A stretch of 64,000 nt of DNA, from NCBI GenBank assembly GCA_963666055.2, contig CAXWPH010000003.1:1-64000 (forward strand). The letters are read 5' to 3'. The notes beneath the pieces are model-generated. The model was not told the DNA's origin. It did no database searches and saw only the letters and a list, made by a program, of their open reading frames with translations. The DNA is from Acidobacteriota bacterium. GTDB lineage: Bacteria > Acidobacteriota > UBA890 > WLXD01. Positions within the stretch are counted from its first letter, which is position 1. Every line of letters begins with the position of its first letter. Shown piece by piece: positions 10,320-19,132 of this stretch. The position numbers were made by a program, and so were the translations under genes.

Positions 10320-11600
10320 CTACCGCCGGTCGTTGGTGGTCAGCGGGCTCAGGTATCCCCGACCATCGATCCCCTTCTTGTGCATGGCGATGCCGGTGAG
10401 GCACTCCCGGACGATCCGATCCGAGGTGAGCCCGGTAATGTAGCCAGGGTCGACCAACGGGTTGAACTCGACGAGGTCGAAGCCCACGACGTTGTTTTCG
10501 GCGCACAGCCCGCGCACGATCGGGAAGACTTCCCGTGGCGTCAGGCCGCCGGGCTCCGGGGTGCCGGTTCCAGGAGCGTAGGCGGGGTCGAGCACGTCGA
10601 TGTCGAACGAGATGTACAGATGCTCCGGGCCATCGTTGGCTTCGTCGAGCACCCGGGCCATGACTCGCGCCCAGCCGTCGCGCTCGATCTCGGCCATGGT
10701 GTGATACCGCATGTCGTTGGCGCGCATCCACTCGAAGCCAGCCTCGCCGGGCCAGTAGCCGCGCAGACCTACCTGAATGTAGTTCCTGCCCAGGATGTGA
10801 CCGTCGTCGATCAGTCGGCGGATTGGCTGGGCGTGCGAGATAAGGTGGCCGTTGATCGGGTCGCCGGCGTCGTAGTGCGCGTCGAAGTGAATGACCCCGA
10901 CGTTCTCCTTGCCATAGACGTCGGTGATCGCGGCGACGTTGGGGTACTCGAGCGAGTGGTCGCCGCCGATGATGATCGGAATGGCTCCGGTCTCGGCAAT
11001 CTCACGCACCATGCGGCGAACCGGCGGCATGCTGCGCTCGACGCTCATGATGTCGATCGGTGCGTTCCCGTAGTCGACGGCGGTGAGCTCTCGCGTCCAG
11101 CTCACCATCACGTGCATGTGAGTTAGCCCGCCTCCCCGGCTGGCGGCGCGGAAGGCAGTGGGCCCACCACCGGCGCCACGCATACCGACGCCCATGTCGA
11201 CCGGCGCGCCCATGATCGCCACGTCCACTTCGCCAGCGATCAGGTCTTCCGGGGTCAGCGCCACCGGTAGACGGAAGAACGTGGGAATCGCGGGCCGTCG
11301 GAAACGTCCAACGTGAATCGGTCCGGGCTCGCGCGCAGGGTCCTCGGAAGTATCGCGCAGACCGCTCCAGAGATCCAGGTTCTCCGCATCCGGGTCGAGT
11401 CGGATAATCGCCTCGTCGGGCACCGCTGCGGCCTCGTCTTGCGCGTCCCCTTGCTCCGACCCCTGCTGCTCGGTTGCGGCTTCGGCCGATTCGCCGCCGG
11501 CGGGTGCGCTCTCGGTGCTGGATGACTCCAAGCTCGGGGCGCAACCGATAGGCAACGCTACGAGAAACAGGACCGCGATGCAGGCGGGAAACTTCTTCAT
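10320..11600 (-). CDS. Agmatinase/ureohydrolase family protein, copy 2, with lipoprotein-like signal
   Basis: MKKF..LVALPIGC; GGDHSL, DAHYD, SFDIDVLDP. Confidence 0.9.
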   Translation of the reverse strand: MKKFPACIAVLFLVALPIGCAPSLESSSTESAPAGGESAEAATEQQGSEQGDAQDEAAAVPDEAIIRLDPDAENLDLWSGLRDTSEDPAREPGPIHVGRFRRPAIPTFFRLPVALTPEDLIAGEVDVAIMGAPVDMGVGMRGAGGGPTAFRAASRGGGLTHMHVMVSWTRELTAVDYGNAPIDIMSVERSMPPVRRMVREIAETGAIPIIIGGDHSLEYPNVAAITDVYGKENVGVIHFDAHYDAGDPINGHLISHAQPIRRLIDDGHILGRNYIQVGLRGYWPGEAGFEWMRANDMRYHTMAEIERDGWARVMARVLDEANDGPEHLYISFDIDVLDPAYAPGTGTPEPGGLTPREVFPIVRGLCAENNVVGFDLVEFNPLVDPGYITGLTSDRIVRECLTGIAMHKKGIDGRGYLSPLTTNDRR

Positions 11601-11712
11601 TGGAACCCTCGGAATTGGCTTCGTACAAGAGCGGTTGCTACCCTGCCATCGATGCAGCTCGAGCACCACCCGCTCGAGTGTCAGAGGTGAAACTGGAGCC
11701 CGGAGAGCAGGG

Positions 11713-13227
11713 ATGAGCAGGTTGCGGGGGGTCGGCGGATCCAACGGAAGGAACGCACGCAAAGAGTCCCTGGCGAACAGGAACTGGGTCTGTGTGTTGC
11801 CGTTGTTGCTGACCGCCTGCCTGCACGGCTGCGGCGCACCCTCCGGTAGCGCGCCGCCGCTGCACCAACAGGTAGACGAGCTATTCGTCGAATGGGACCG
11901 TGCTGATTCGCCTGGTGCCGTGGTCGGTGTGTTCCAGGCCGGAGAGATCGTCTATGCACAGGGCTACGGCGTGGCGAACCTGGATCATGGGGTCGCGCTG
12001 ACGCCGCGGTCGGTGTTGCGGATCGGCTCCATCTCCAAGCAGTTCGTGGCGATGGGGATCGCCTTGCTCGCCGAGGAGCACAGACTGTCGCTCGACGACG
12101 ACATCCGCATCCATCTTCCGGAGATGCCGACCTACGCCAAGCCGATCACGATTCGCCATCTGCTGCATCACACGAGCGGCATGCGCGAGTACCTGGTGCT
12201 GGTAGGGCTGATCGGCAAGCCGGAGGGGAGCGTGTACGGCTATACGTCACGCGAGCTCCTCGGGCTTCTGTCTCGGCAGGCAGCGCTCAATTTCGAACCT
12301 GGCGAGCGCTTCTCGTACAGCAACTCCGGCTACTTCCTGCTCGCTCAGATCATCGCTCGTGTCTCCGGCATGAAGACAAGCGCGTTCGCCAAGGAGCACA
12401 TCTTCGACCCGCTGGGGATGTCCAGTACTCGCTTCTATGACGATCCTAGGGCGATCGTGCCCGACCTGGCGTATGGCTACTCGCGCGGCGACGATGGCAA
12501 CTATCAGCTAGACATACTGCGCTCCGACGTCGTCGGTGACCTCGGGGTTGTCACCACGGTCGAGGACTTCTTCCGCTGGGACGCCAACTTCTACGACAAC
12601 AAGCTGGGCACTGGAGATCCGGGGCTCATCGAGACGATACAGCGGCGCGGGCGGACCACCGATGGCGAAGAGCTCTCCTATGCCTCGGGCCTGGAGTGGG
12701 CCGTGTATCGCGGGCTTACCACCGTTGGTCATAGCGGCACAGCCGTAGGGTATGTGGCAGACTTCGTGCAGTTTCCCGAGGAGCGGTTCTCGGTGGTCGT
12801 AATGTCGAATTTCAGTGGGTTTCGACCCGGGCGGCTGGCTCAGAGAATCGCGGATCTTTACCTCGCCGATCGTTTTGCCGAGGAGCCGCCAGCGGACAGC
12901 GTCTCCCGGCCGGATTCCGAGGAGTCGCCGCGCCCGACGCTCTCAGCCTTGCAGCTGGAGCAGTTCGCGGGCCACTTCTATAGCGAGGAGCTCGATTTCG
13001 TCTACTCGCTCGACCTGCACAACGGCGACCTCGAGCTCGAGGTCAGGGGACAGAAGATTCGGCTCATCCCTGAGGCCGCGGATCGATTCAGGGGAGACCG
13101 CACGGTGCTGGAGTTCGAGAGAGACGGCCGGGGTGCGATCTCCAGCCTCTTGGTGCATGCCGGCGGAGTACGTAACATTCGCTTCGAGCGCGTCGAAGGA
13201 CGACGACCGCGAGCAATACGACCGTAG
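11713..13227 (+). CDS. Serine hydrolase (beta-lactamase family), probable lipoprotein with C-terminal extension; start uncertain
   Basis: GSISKQF, LLHHTSG, YSNSGY, GHSG; LLLTAC/LHGC lipobox-like segment. Confidence 0.88.
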   Translation: MSRLRGVGGSNGRNARKESLANRNWVCVLPLLLTACLHGCGAPSGSAPPLHQQVDELFVEWDRADSPGAVVGVFQAGEIVYAQGYGVANLDHGVALTPRSVLRIGSISKQFVAMGIALLAEEHRLSLDDDIRIHLPEMPTYAKPITIRHLLHHTSGMREYLVLVGLIGKPEGSVYGYTSRELLGLLSRQAALNFEPGERFSYSNSGYFLLAQIIARVSGMKTSAFAKEHIFDPLGMSSTRFYDDPRAIVPDLAYGYSRGDDGNYQLDILRSDVVGDLGVVTTVEDFFRWDANFYDNKLGTGDPGLIETIQRRGRTTDGEELSYASGLEWAVYRGLTTVGHSGTAVGYVADFVQFPEERFSVVVMSNFSGFRPGRLAQRIADLYLADRFAEEPPADSVSRPDSEESPRPTLSALQLEQFAGHFYSEELDFVYSLDLHNGDLELEVRGQKIRLIPEAADRFRGDRTVLEFERDGRGAISSLLVHAGGVRNIRFERVEGRRPRAIRP

Positions 13228-13317
13228 AAGGATCGCCGCGCCCGGCTCGGTATTGGAGATACTTCTTGTGTCGGCCCGCCGTGCAGCACGGCTGTCACCC
13301 TCGGGAGCCGAAACGAG

Positions 13318-13560
13318 ATGGAAACCATCAAGACCGCCGCCCAAATGAAGCAGCTATGGCACGCGCCAGTGATCGTCTTCAAGAAATTCACCAAGGAATC
13401 GGTGATCCGATATCAATCCATCACCGACAACATCAGTGCCTATGAGAAGCATTGCCTTGACGGCACATTGGACCTGGCCAAGCAGAAGACGTTGCTGATG
13501 GCCATCAGCGATGATTGCACGCCACTAGGTCCGAGGGGCTTCCTGGAGAGCTGGCGATGA
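13318..13560 (+). CDS. Hypothetical short ORF or fragment of a foreign gene
   Basis: Coding-like codon pattern, lower GC; no family recognised. Confidence 0.3.
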   Translation: METIKTAAQMKQLWHAPVIVFKKFTKESVIRYQSITDNISAYEKHCLDGTLDLAKQKTLLMAISDDCTPLGPRGFLESWR

Positions 13561-14006
13561 ACTCCGAACGATCGTCGATCGTCGTCCTGTTGCTGCGGCT
13601 CTACCTGGGCGTGGCGTTGTTCCTGCCACTGGGCATCGGCAAGCTCGTCGGGTATCCGGGCTCCTCGGCAGGGTTGATGGAGGGGTATCGAGAGACGATT
13701 CTCGGAGCGTGGCCCTCGCTGCCATTCCTGTACTTGTTCGCTTACACGCTGCCGTTTCTCGAGACGCTGGGCGGCCTGGCGCTGGTGGCCGGATGGCGGA
13801 CGCGGCAGGTCTTTCTGGGGTTGGCGTGCCTGCTGATACTGCTCGGTTTCGGTACGACGCTGGATGGGCGCATCGCGACGACCGCCAACAACTTGGTCTT
13901 CCTGGCGGCGTGTCTCGTCGGATATGCGCTCGCCGATAACGATCGTTATGGCGTGAGCGGCTGGCGCCGTAACCAGGCCCACCACACTTCCACCACGGCC
14001 TGCTAG
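13557..14006 (+). CDS. DoxX-like membrane protein
   Basis: LLRLYLG..GIGK..LPFLETLGGLALVAGWRTR, four hydrophobic segments; tail encoded by a repeat end. Confidence 0.75.
   Translation: MNSERSSIVVLLLRLYLGVALFLPLGIGKLVGYPGSSAGLMEGYRETILGAWPSLPFLYLFAYTLPFLETLGGLALVAGWRTRQVFLGLACLLILLGFGTTLDGRIATTANNLVFLAACLVGYALADNDRYGVSGWRRNQAHHTSTTAC
13965..14006 (+). repeat. Solo right end of the 279-bp CTAG element
   Basis: 42 bp, 1 mismatch to the right end of copy 48546-48824. Confidence 0.92.
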
Positions 14007-14854
14007 ACGGTGCGGCCCTTCCCGAGGGCAGGCAGATGAATGTCTTTCGCCAAGCCGACCCATGACAGCATCTTGATTACCCAGTAGGTGGGATCGAACT
14101 CGAAGCGCCGCAGGCCGTGAGCAGCCGACCGCGGGAAGGCGTGATGGTTGTTGTGCCAGCCCTCGCCAAAGGCCAGCAGCGACACCCACCACAGGTTGCG
14201 CGACTGCTCGCGCGTCTTGAAATTCCTGTAGCCCCAGGTGTGGCTGGCGGAGTTGACGAACCAGGTGGAGTGGTAGGTGAATACGGTGCGTACCGCGATG
14301 CCCCAAATAACCCACGGCAACCCACCAGCGGCGTAGAGCAGGATGGCGAGCACCGCCTGCGGCACCCAGAAATATTGCTCGAGGATCCGCATACCCGGGT
14401 CACGTTGCAGGTCCGGCGCGTAGTCGTTGCGGTTGCGGCCGTATGGATCCCGCACAACGCACCAGAGCATGTGCGACCAGTCGAACCCGTGCTTCGGTGA
14501 GTGCGGGTCGAGCTCGGTGTCCGACTCCTTGTGATGCAGGCGGTGCGTGCCGACCCAGCGAATGGGACCACCCTGCCAGTTCAGACACCCGAGAGCGGTG
14601 AGAAAGTACTCGAAGGACTTCGGTGTCTTGAAGCTGCGGTGGGTAAGCAATCGGTGGTAGCAAAGGCAGATGCCCAGCCCACCGGCGACCCACCAGAAAA
14701 ACACGCCGATTGCCAGCGCCCCCCAGGTGAAGTAGAAGGGTGCCGCCAAGCACGCCACGTGCAGAAGACCAATGGCGATAAACGCTGTCCAATCGATATC
14801 GCGCCAGCGGAAATGTGGCGTGTTCGCGGTCGATTGGGCAGCAATATCGCTCAT
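14003..14854 (-). CDS. Delta-9-type acyl-lipid/acyl-CoA fatty acid desaturase
   Basis: His boxes HRLLTH, HRLHH, HNNHH; GEGWHNNHH. Confidence 0.93.
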   Translation of the reverse strand: MSDIAAQSTANTPHFRWRDIDWTAFIAIGLLHVACLAAPFYFTWGALAIGVFFWWVAGGLGICLCYHRLLTHRSFKTPKSFEYFLTALGCLNWQGGPIRWVGTHRLHHKESDTELDPHSPKHGFDWSHMLWCVVRDPYGRNRNDYAPDLQRDPGMRILEQYFWVPQAVLAILLYAAGGLPWVIWGIAVRTVFTYHSTWFVNSASHTWGYRNFKTREQSRNLWWVSLLAFGEGWHNNHHAFPRSAAHGLRRFEFDPTYWVIKMLSWVGLAKDIHLPALGKGRTV

Positions 14855-15000
14855 ATCAACAACAGCATAGCTACCCGGCAGTCGCTGGTCAAAAACTGTT
14901 AGTCTTGGCGGGAGAGAGGCGTTGTTCCGTCTACGAACGCCTTGCGTCCACGCCCGCGGCAGCGTTGTACGAGGACGGCACCATCCCCGGGGAAAGCTGC

Positions 15001-15828
15001 GTGAAAAGAGGCTGGATCGGAAGGGCCGTGGCAGGCGGTGCGGTGCTGTTGGTCTCCGCCGCCGGCGCGTCGTCGTCGGTCAGCGCGCAGCGCCCGTCAC
15101 AGTCACGCCAGCTCGACGAGATGCGCGCCGCGCTCGACGGCCGCTCGATGCCGCGAAGCAGCAGCCTCGGCCCACACGAGTTCTATTTCACACGTGCCGT
15201 CTACGGTGGCAGGGGACGCTCCTGGGGACGCGGCTCGTGGGCGGTCGACTTTCCCAAGGCTGATCGGCAGTTCGTATTCGGCCTGCGCCGTCTGACCGGG
15301 ATCGACGCCTCCGAGAGCGAGAATCCGGTTCTGCTCACCGACCCGGAGCTCTTTCGGTTTCCGTTTCTGTATGCGCTCGAGGTCGGCTACATGAGCATGA
15401 GCGAGGAGGAGGTCGCGGCGCTGAAGCGTTACCTGCTGGCGGGCGGCTTTCTGTTCATCGACGACTTCTGGGGCACCTGGGAGTGGCGCAACTTCGAGTA
15501 CGAGATCTCTCGTGTCTTGCCGGACTACCGCATCGTCGACCTGCCTCTGGAACATCCCGTTTTCCACACCTTCTACGACATCGACCAGATCCTGCAGGTT
15601 CCGAGCGTTGGCATCGTGCGCGGCGGCCCGACCTGGGAGCAGGACGGGTACGTGCCGTACGTGCGTGGCATCTTCGACGACGCCGGCCGACTCTTGGTGA
15701 TCATCAACTGGAACACTGACCTGGGCGATGCCTGGGAATGGGTCGATAACCCCTACTATCCGATCAAGTTCTCGAACTTCGCCTATCAGATGGCGGTGAA
15801 CACGATCCTCTACGCCATGAGCCACTGA
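15001..15828 (+). CDS. DUF4159 domain protein (exported), paralog 1
   Basis: Signal peptide; WAVDFPKAD, LFRFPFLY, YLLAGGFLFIDDFWG, HPVFH, NTDLGDAWE. Confidence 0.85.
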   Translation: MKRGWIGRAVAGGAVLLVSAAGASSSVSAQRPSQSRQLDEMRAALDGRSMPRSSSLGPHEFYFTRAVYGGRGRSWGRGSWAVDFPKADRQFVFGLRRLTGIDASESENPVLLTDPELFRFPFLYALEVGYMSMSEEEVAALKRYLLAGGFLFIDDFWGTWEWRNFEYEISRVLPDYRIVDLPLEHPVFHTFYDIDQILQVPSVGIVRGGPTWEQDGYVPYVRGIFDDAGRLLVIINWNTDLGDAWEWVDNPYYPIKFSNFAYQMAVNTILYAMSH

Positions 15829-18134
15829 TGTCACCGGCCGTCGAATCGCTCTTCTCGCTGCTGTTCAAGTACAAGCCTTTCGTGTTCGAGAAAGGCCGGC
15901 TGCTGCTGTCGCCATCGTGGCCCGCGGTGCTCGTAGCGGTGGTGCTGATCGTGGCCGCTGTGCCCGCCATACGACGCTACGCGGACGTCGGTGGCAAGGC
16001 ATCCAGTCGAGATCGCAAGTTGCTGGCTGCGCTGCGGGTGGCCGTGGTCGGTCTAGCGGTTCTCTGCCTGTTGCGGCCGTCGCTCGTGGTGGCCACCGCG
16101 GTGCCCCAGCAGAACTTCATCGGTGTGCTGATTGACGACTCGCGTAGCATGCGGATCGCCGACCTCGAGGGCCGGTCACGGAGCGCGCAGCTGGACGAAT
16201 GGCTGAACGACGAGAGCCCCTTGCTCGCGGCGCTGCGGGAGCGTTTCAAGCTACGTCTTTTCTCGTTTGCGGCCGGGTCGGCGCGGGTCAAGGGATTCGG
16301 TGAGCTGAGCTTTTCGGGCCATCGGACCAACCTTGCCCGAGCCCTCGACCGTGCCCGGCAGGAACTCTCGAGCGTGCCGTTGTCGGGGCTGGTGTTGATC
16401 ACTGACGGCGCTGACAACGCCGAGACGGGTCTCAGTGAGGCGATCAACGCTCTGCGCGACGCCACTATTCCGGTTTTCGCTGTCGGTGTTGGCAGCGAGG
16501 AGTTTTCGCGCGATATCGAGGTGGTCCGGGTCGAAACGCCACGCGAGGTCCTGCGGGGATCTTCGGTGGGCGCGGATGTGGTTATCCGCCAACGCGGATT
16601 TGATGGCGAGACCGTACAGCTATTCGTTGAAGATGACGGGCGCATTCTGTCGACGATAGACGTGGGGCTGCCCCGTGCAGGTGAAAGCACCGTCGTGCGG
16701 ACGCGGTTCCTCGCCGAGGAGGCCGGCCCGCGCCTGCTCACCTTCCGTATCCCGGCGGCGGAAGGCGAGATGGTACAGCGCAACAATGAGCTCCAGGCTC
16801 TGGTGACGGTGAGCGACGAGCAGGCCCGCATCCTCTACTTCGAGGGTGAGCCGCGGCACGAGGTGGCGTTTATTCGGCGCGCCCTGCACAAGGACCAGAA
16901 CATCGCGCTGGCCGTGCTGGTGCGCTCGGCCGAGAACAAGTTCCAGAGCCTGATCGTCGACCCTGACGAACGCTTTGGCGGCGAGCAGGAGCTCTTCGGC
17001 GGCTTTCCGCGCACGCGAGAGCAGTTGTACCGCTACAGCGGCATTATTCTCGGCAGCGTCGAGGCGGAGTTCTTCACCGCCGACCAGCTTCGCATGCTCT
17101 CTGACTTCGTATCGCAGCGCGGCGGCGGCCTACTGACGCTCGGAGGCCGGTATTCGTTCGCCAGGGGCGGCTACGCCGGCACCCCGGTGGCCGATGTTCT
17201 ACCGGTGGTCTTGCCCGCCGCCAGCGATCCGGCGCAGTTTGCCGAGGTCAGCATCACGCCGACGCTCTTTGGCCGCTCGCATCCCGCGGTGCAACTCGCA
17301 GACACCCTCGAGGAGAGCCAGCAGCGGTGGGAGACATTGCCGCCGCTGCTGACCCTGAACCCGATCTCCCGCACTAAGCCGGGCGCGGCAACCTTGCTGG
17401 AGGGAAGGTCCGAATCGTTGAGCGACCCGCAAGTAGTGCTCGCCTACCAGCGCTACGGGGCCGGCAAGTCGATTGCGTTGACCGTCGCAGATACCTGGCA
17501 GTGGCAGATGCACTACGAGATTCCGCTCGAGGACCAGACACACGAGATGCTCTGGCAGCAGCTTCTGCGATGGCTCGTCAGCGACGTTCCCGGGCAAGTA
17601 CGGGCCCACCTGGGGCTCGATCGCTTCGCCGTTGGCGAGACCGTTCAACTCAGCGCCGAGGTGTTCGACGATACCTACCTCGCCGTCAACAACGCCCGGG
17701 TTGTGGCCACGATCACCGATCCGACGGGTGCTGTCCGTCAGCTTGCGCTGCAATGGGACGTCGAGGTCGACGGCCGGTATCGAGGCACCTTCGCAGCGAC
17801 CAACGAGGGCTATCACCGCGTCGATGTCGAGGCGTTGCGCAACGGTGAGCTTCTGGGCCAGGACAGCATCATCGGCGAGGCGGCAGAGCTGACCCGCGAG
17901 TTCTTCGGCGCCGAGATGAACCGACCACTGCTCGAACGGGTCGCCGACGAGACTGGCGGACGGTTCTACACAGCCGCCACGATTGATGAGTTGCCGGGCG
18001 ATGTTGCCTTCGCTGACGGCGGCACAACGATTACCGAGGTGTTGGACCTGTGGGACATGCCGATCATCTTTCTGGCGTTCATCGCGCTGATCGGCACCGA
18101 GTGGTCGTTGCGGAAGCTGCGGAGGCTGGCTTGA
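15828..18134 (+). CDS. Membrane protein with vWA domain and GATase-like domain
   Basis: N-terminal TMs, MIDAS DDSRS/T/TDG, FVSQRGGGLLTLGG, YGAGKS, C-terminal TM plus EWSLRK. Confidence 0.8.
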   Translation: MSPAVESLFSLLFKYKPFVFEKGRLLLSPSWPAVLVAVVLIVAAVPAIRRYADVGGKASSRDRKLLAALRVAVVGLAVLCLLRPSLVVATAVPQQNFIGVLIDDSRSMRIADLEGRSRSAQLDEWLNDESPLLAALRERFKLRLFSFAAGSARVKGFGELSFSGHRTNLARALDRARQELSSVPLSGLVLITDGADNAETGLSEAINALRDATIPVFAVGVGSEEFSRDIEVVRVETPREVLRGSSVGADVVIRQRGFDGETVQLFVEDDGRILSTIDVGLPRAGESTVVRTRFLAEEAGPRLLTFRIPAAEGEMVQRNNELQALVTVSDEQARILYFEGEPRHEVAFIRRALHKDQNIALAVLVRSAENKFQSLIVDPDERFGGEQELFGGFPRTREQLYRYSGIILGSVEAEFFTADQLRMLSDFVSQRGGGLLTLGGRYSFARGGYAGTPVADVLPVVLPAASDPAQFAEVSITPTLFGRSHPAVQLADTLEESQQRWETLPPLLTLNPISRTKPGAATLLEGRSESLSDPQVVLAYQRYGAGKSIALTVADTWQWQMHYEIPLEDQTHEMLWQQLLRWLVSDVPGQVRAHLGLDRFAVGETVQLSAEVFDDTYLAVNNARVVATITDPTGAVRQLALQWDVEVDGRYRGTFAATNEGYHRVDVEALRNGELLGQDSIIGEAAELTREFFGAEMNRPLLERVADETGGRFYTAATIDELPGDVAFADGGTTITEVLDLWDMPIIFLAFIALIGTEWSLRKLRRLA

Positions 18135-19132
18135 GAGGCGCGGTGCCTGCGGCCGTCGTGATCGCCGCCGGTCTGTGGCCGGCCGCGGCGACGGCGCAGG
18201 AAACCTGGCTGCTTGTTGTCAGCGGGGTGGGTGGGAACGCCAGCTATCGTCAGACGTTCGTGGATCGCTCGATCCAGCTGCTCGAGGCTGCGCAGGAGCG
18301 CTTCGGCATTCCCGCCAGCCACATTACCTACCTGGCCGAGCGCATCGAGCTCGCCGACGGACGGGCCGCGGCTCGATCGACGCGCGAAGAGGTCGATGCC
18401 GCGATCACCGATATAGCGGCTCGGTGCAACCCCGGTGACCAGGTGCTGATCGTGCTGATCGGACACGGCAGCACGCAGGGCGAGGGTGGCCGCTTCGCGC
18501 TTCCCGGACCCGACATGGGCCCGGCAGATTTCGCCCCGTTGCTCGGACGCCTGTCACAGCAGCGCGTCGGTTTCGTCAATACCGCGAGTGCTTCGGGCGG
18601 GTTCCTGGCGCTGGCGGGCCCCGGGCGGGTGGTGGTTACGGCGACCCGGGCTGGCCAGCGCGAGGAACCGTTATTTGGCCAGTTCTTCGTCGAGGCGTTC
18701 AGCGCGGAAGGCGCCGATACCGACAAGGATCAAGGAGTCTCCCTGCTGGAGTCGTTCGTGTACGCGCGAACGGAGGTGGCTCGGGCGTACGATCTCGAGG
18801 GAACACTGCGCACCGAAAATGCGCTACTCGACGACGACGGAGACGGAAAGGGAACCGAGACCCCGGAGGCGAGCGACGGCGATGGCGCTCTGGCGCGCCG
18901 CTTCGTCCTCGGTGGGGTCTACGGATCGGCTCGCCTGGCCGGGGTAGCCGACGATGCGGAGCTGCGCTCGATGCTGGAAAAGAGAGGCGAGCACCAGGCG
19001 GCATTCGATCACCTCCGGGCCGCCAAGGCCGAGTTGGCGGAGGACGACTACCTGACGCAACTCGAGGAGCTGCTGGTGCAGATCGCCGAGCTCGATACTG
19101 CGATCCGTGCTCGCAATGAGGCAGCCCAGTGA
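18131..19132 (+). CDS. Exported caspase/hemoglobinase-fold (C13/C14-like) protein lacking the catalytic Cys
   Basis: TTG start overlaps upstream TGA; VLIVLIGHGS, VNTASASGGF, VVVTAT, DTDKDQGVSLLE. Confidence 0.6.
   Translation: MRGAVPAAVVIAAGLWPAAATAQETWLLVVSGVGGNASYRQTFVDRSIQLLEAAQERFGIPASHITYLAERIELADGRAAARSTREEVDAAITDIAARCNPGDQVLIVLIGHGSTQGEGGRFALPGPDMGPADFAPLLGRLSQQRVGFVNTASASGGFLALAGPGRVVVTATRAGQREEPLFGQFFVEAFSAEGADTDKDQGVSLLESFVYARTEVARAYDLEGTLRTENALLDDDGDGKGTETPEASDGDGALARRFVLGGVYGSARLAGVADDAELRSMLEKRGEHQAAFDHLRAAKAELAEDDYLTQLEELLVQIAELDTAIRARNEAAQ

Noticed and set aside
11600-11713. Guanidine riboswitch upstream of the ureohydrolases
   Set aside because: No ykkC or mini-ykkC (ACGR tandem hairpin) pattern recognisable by eye.
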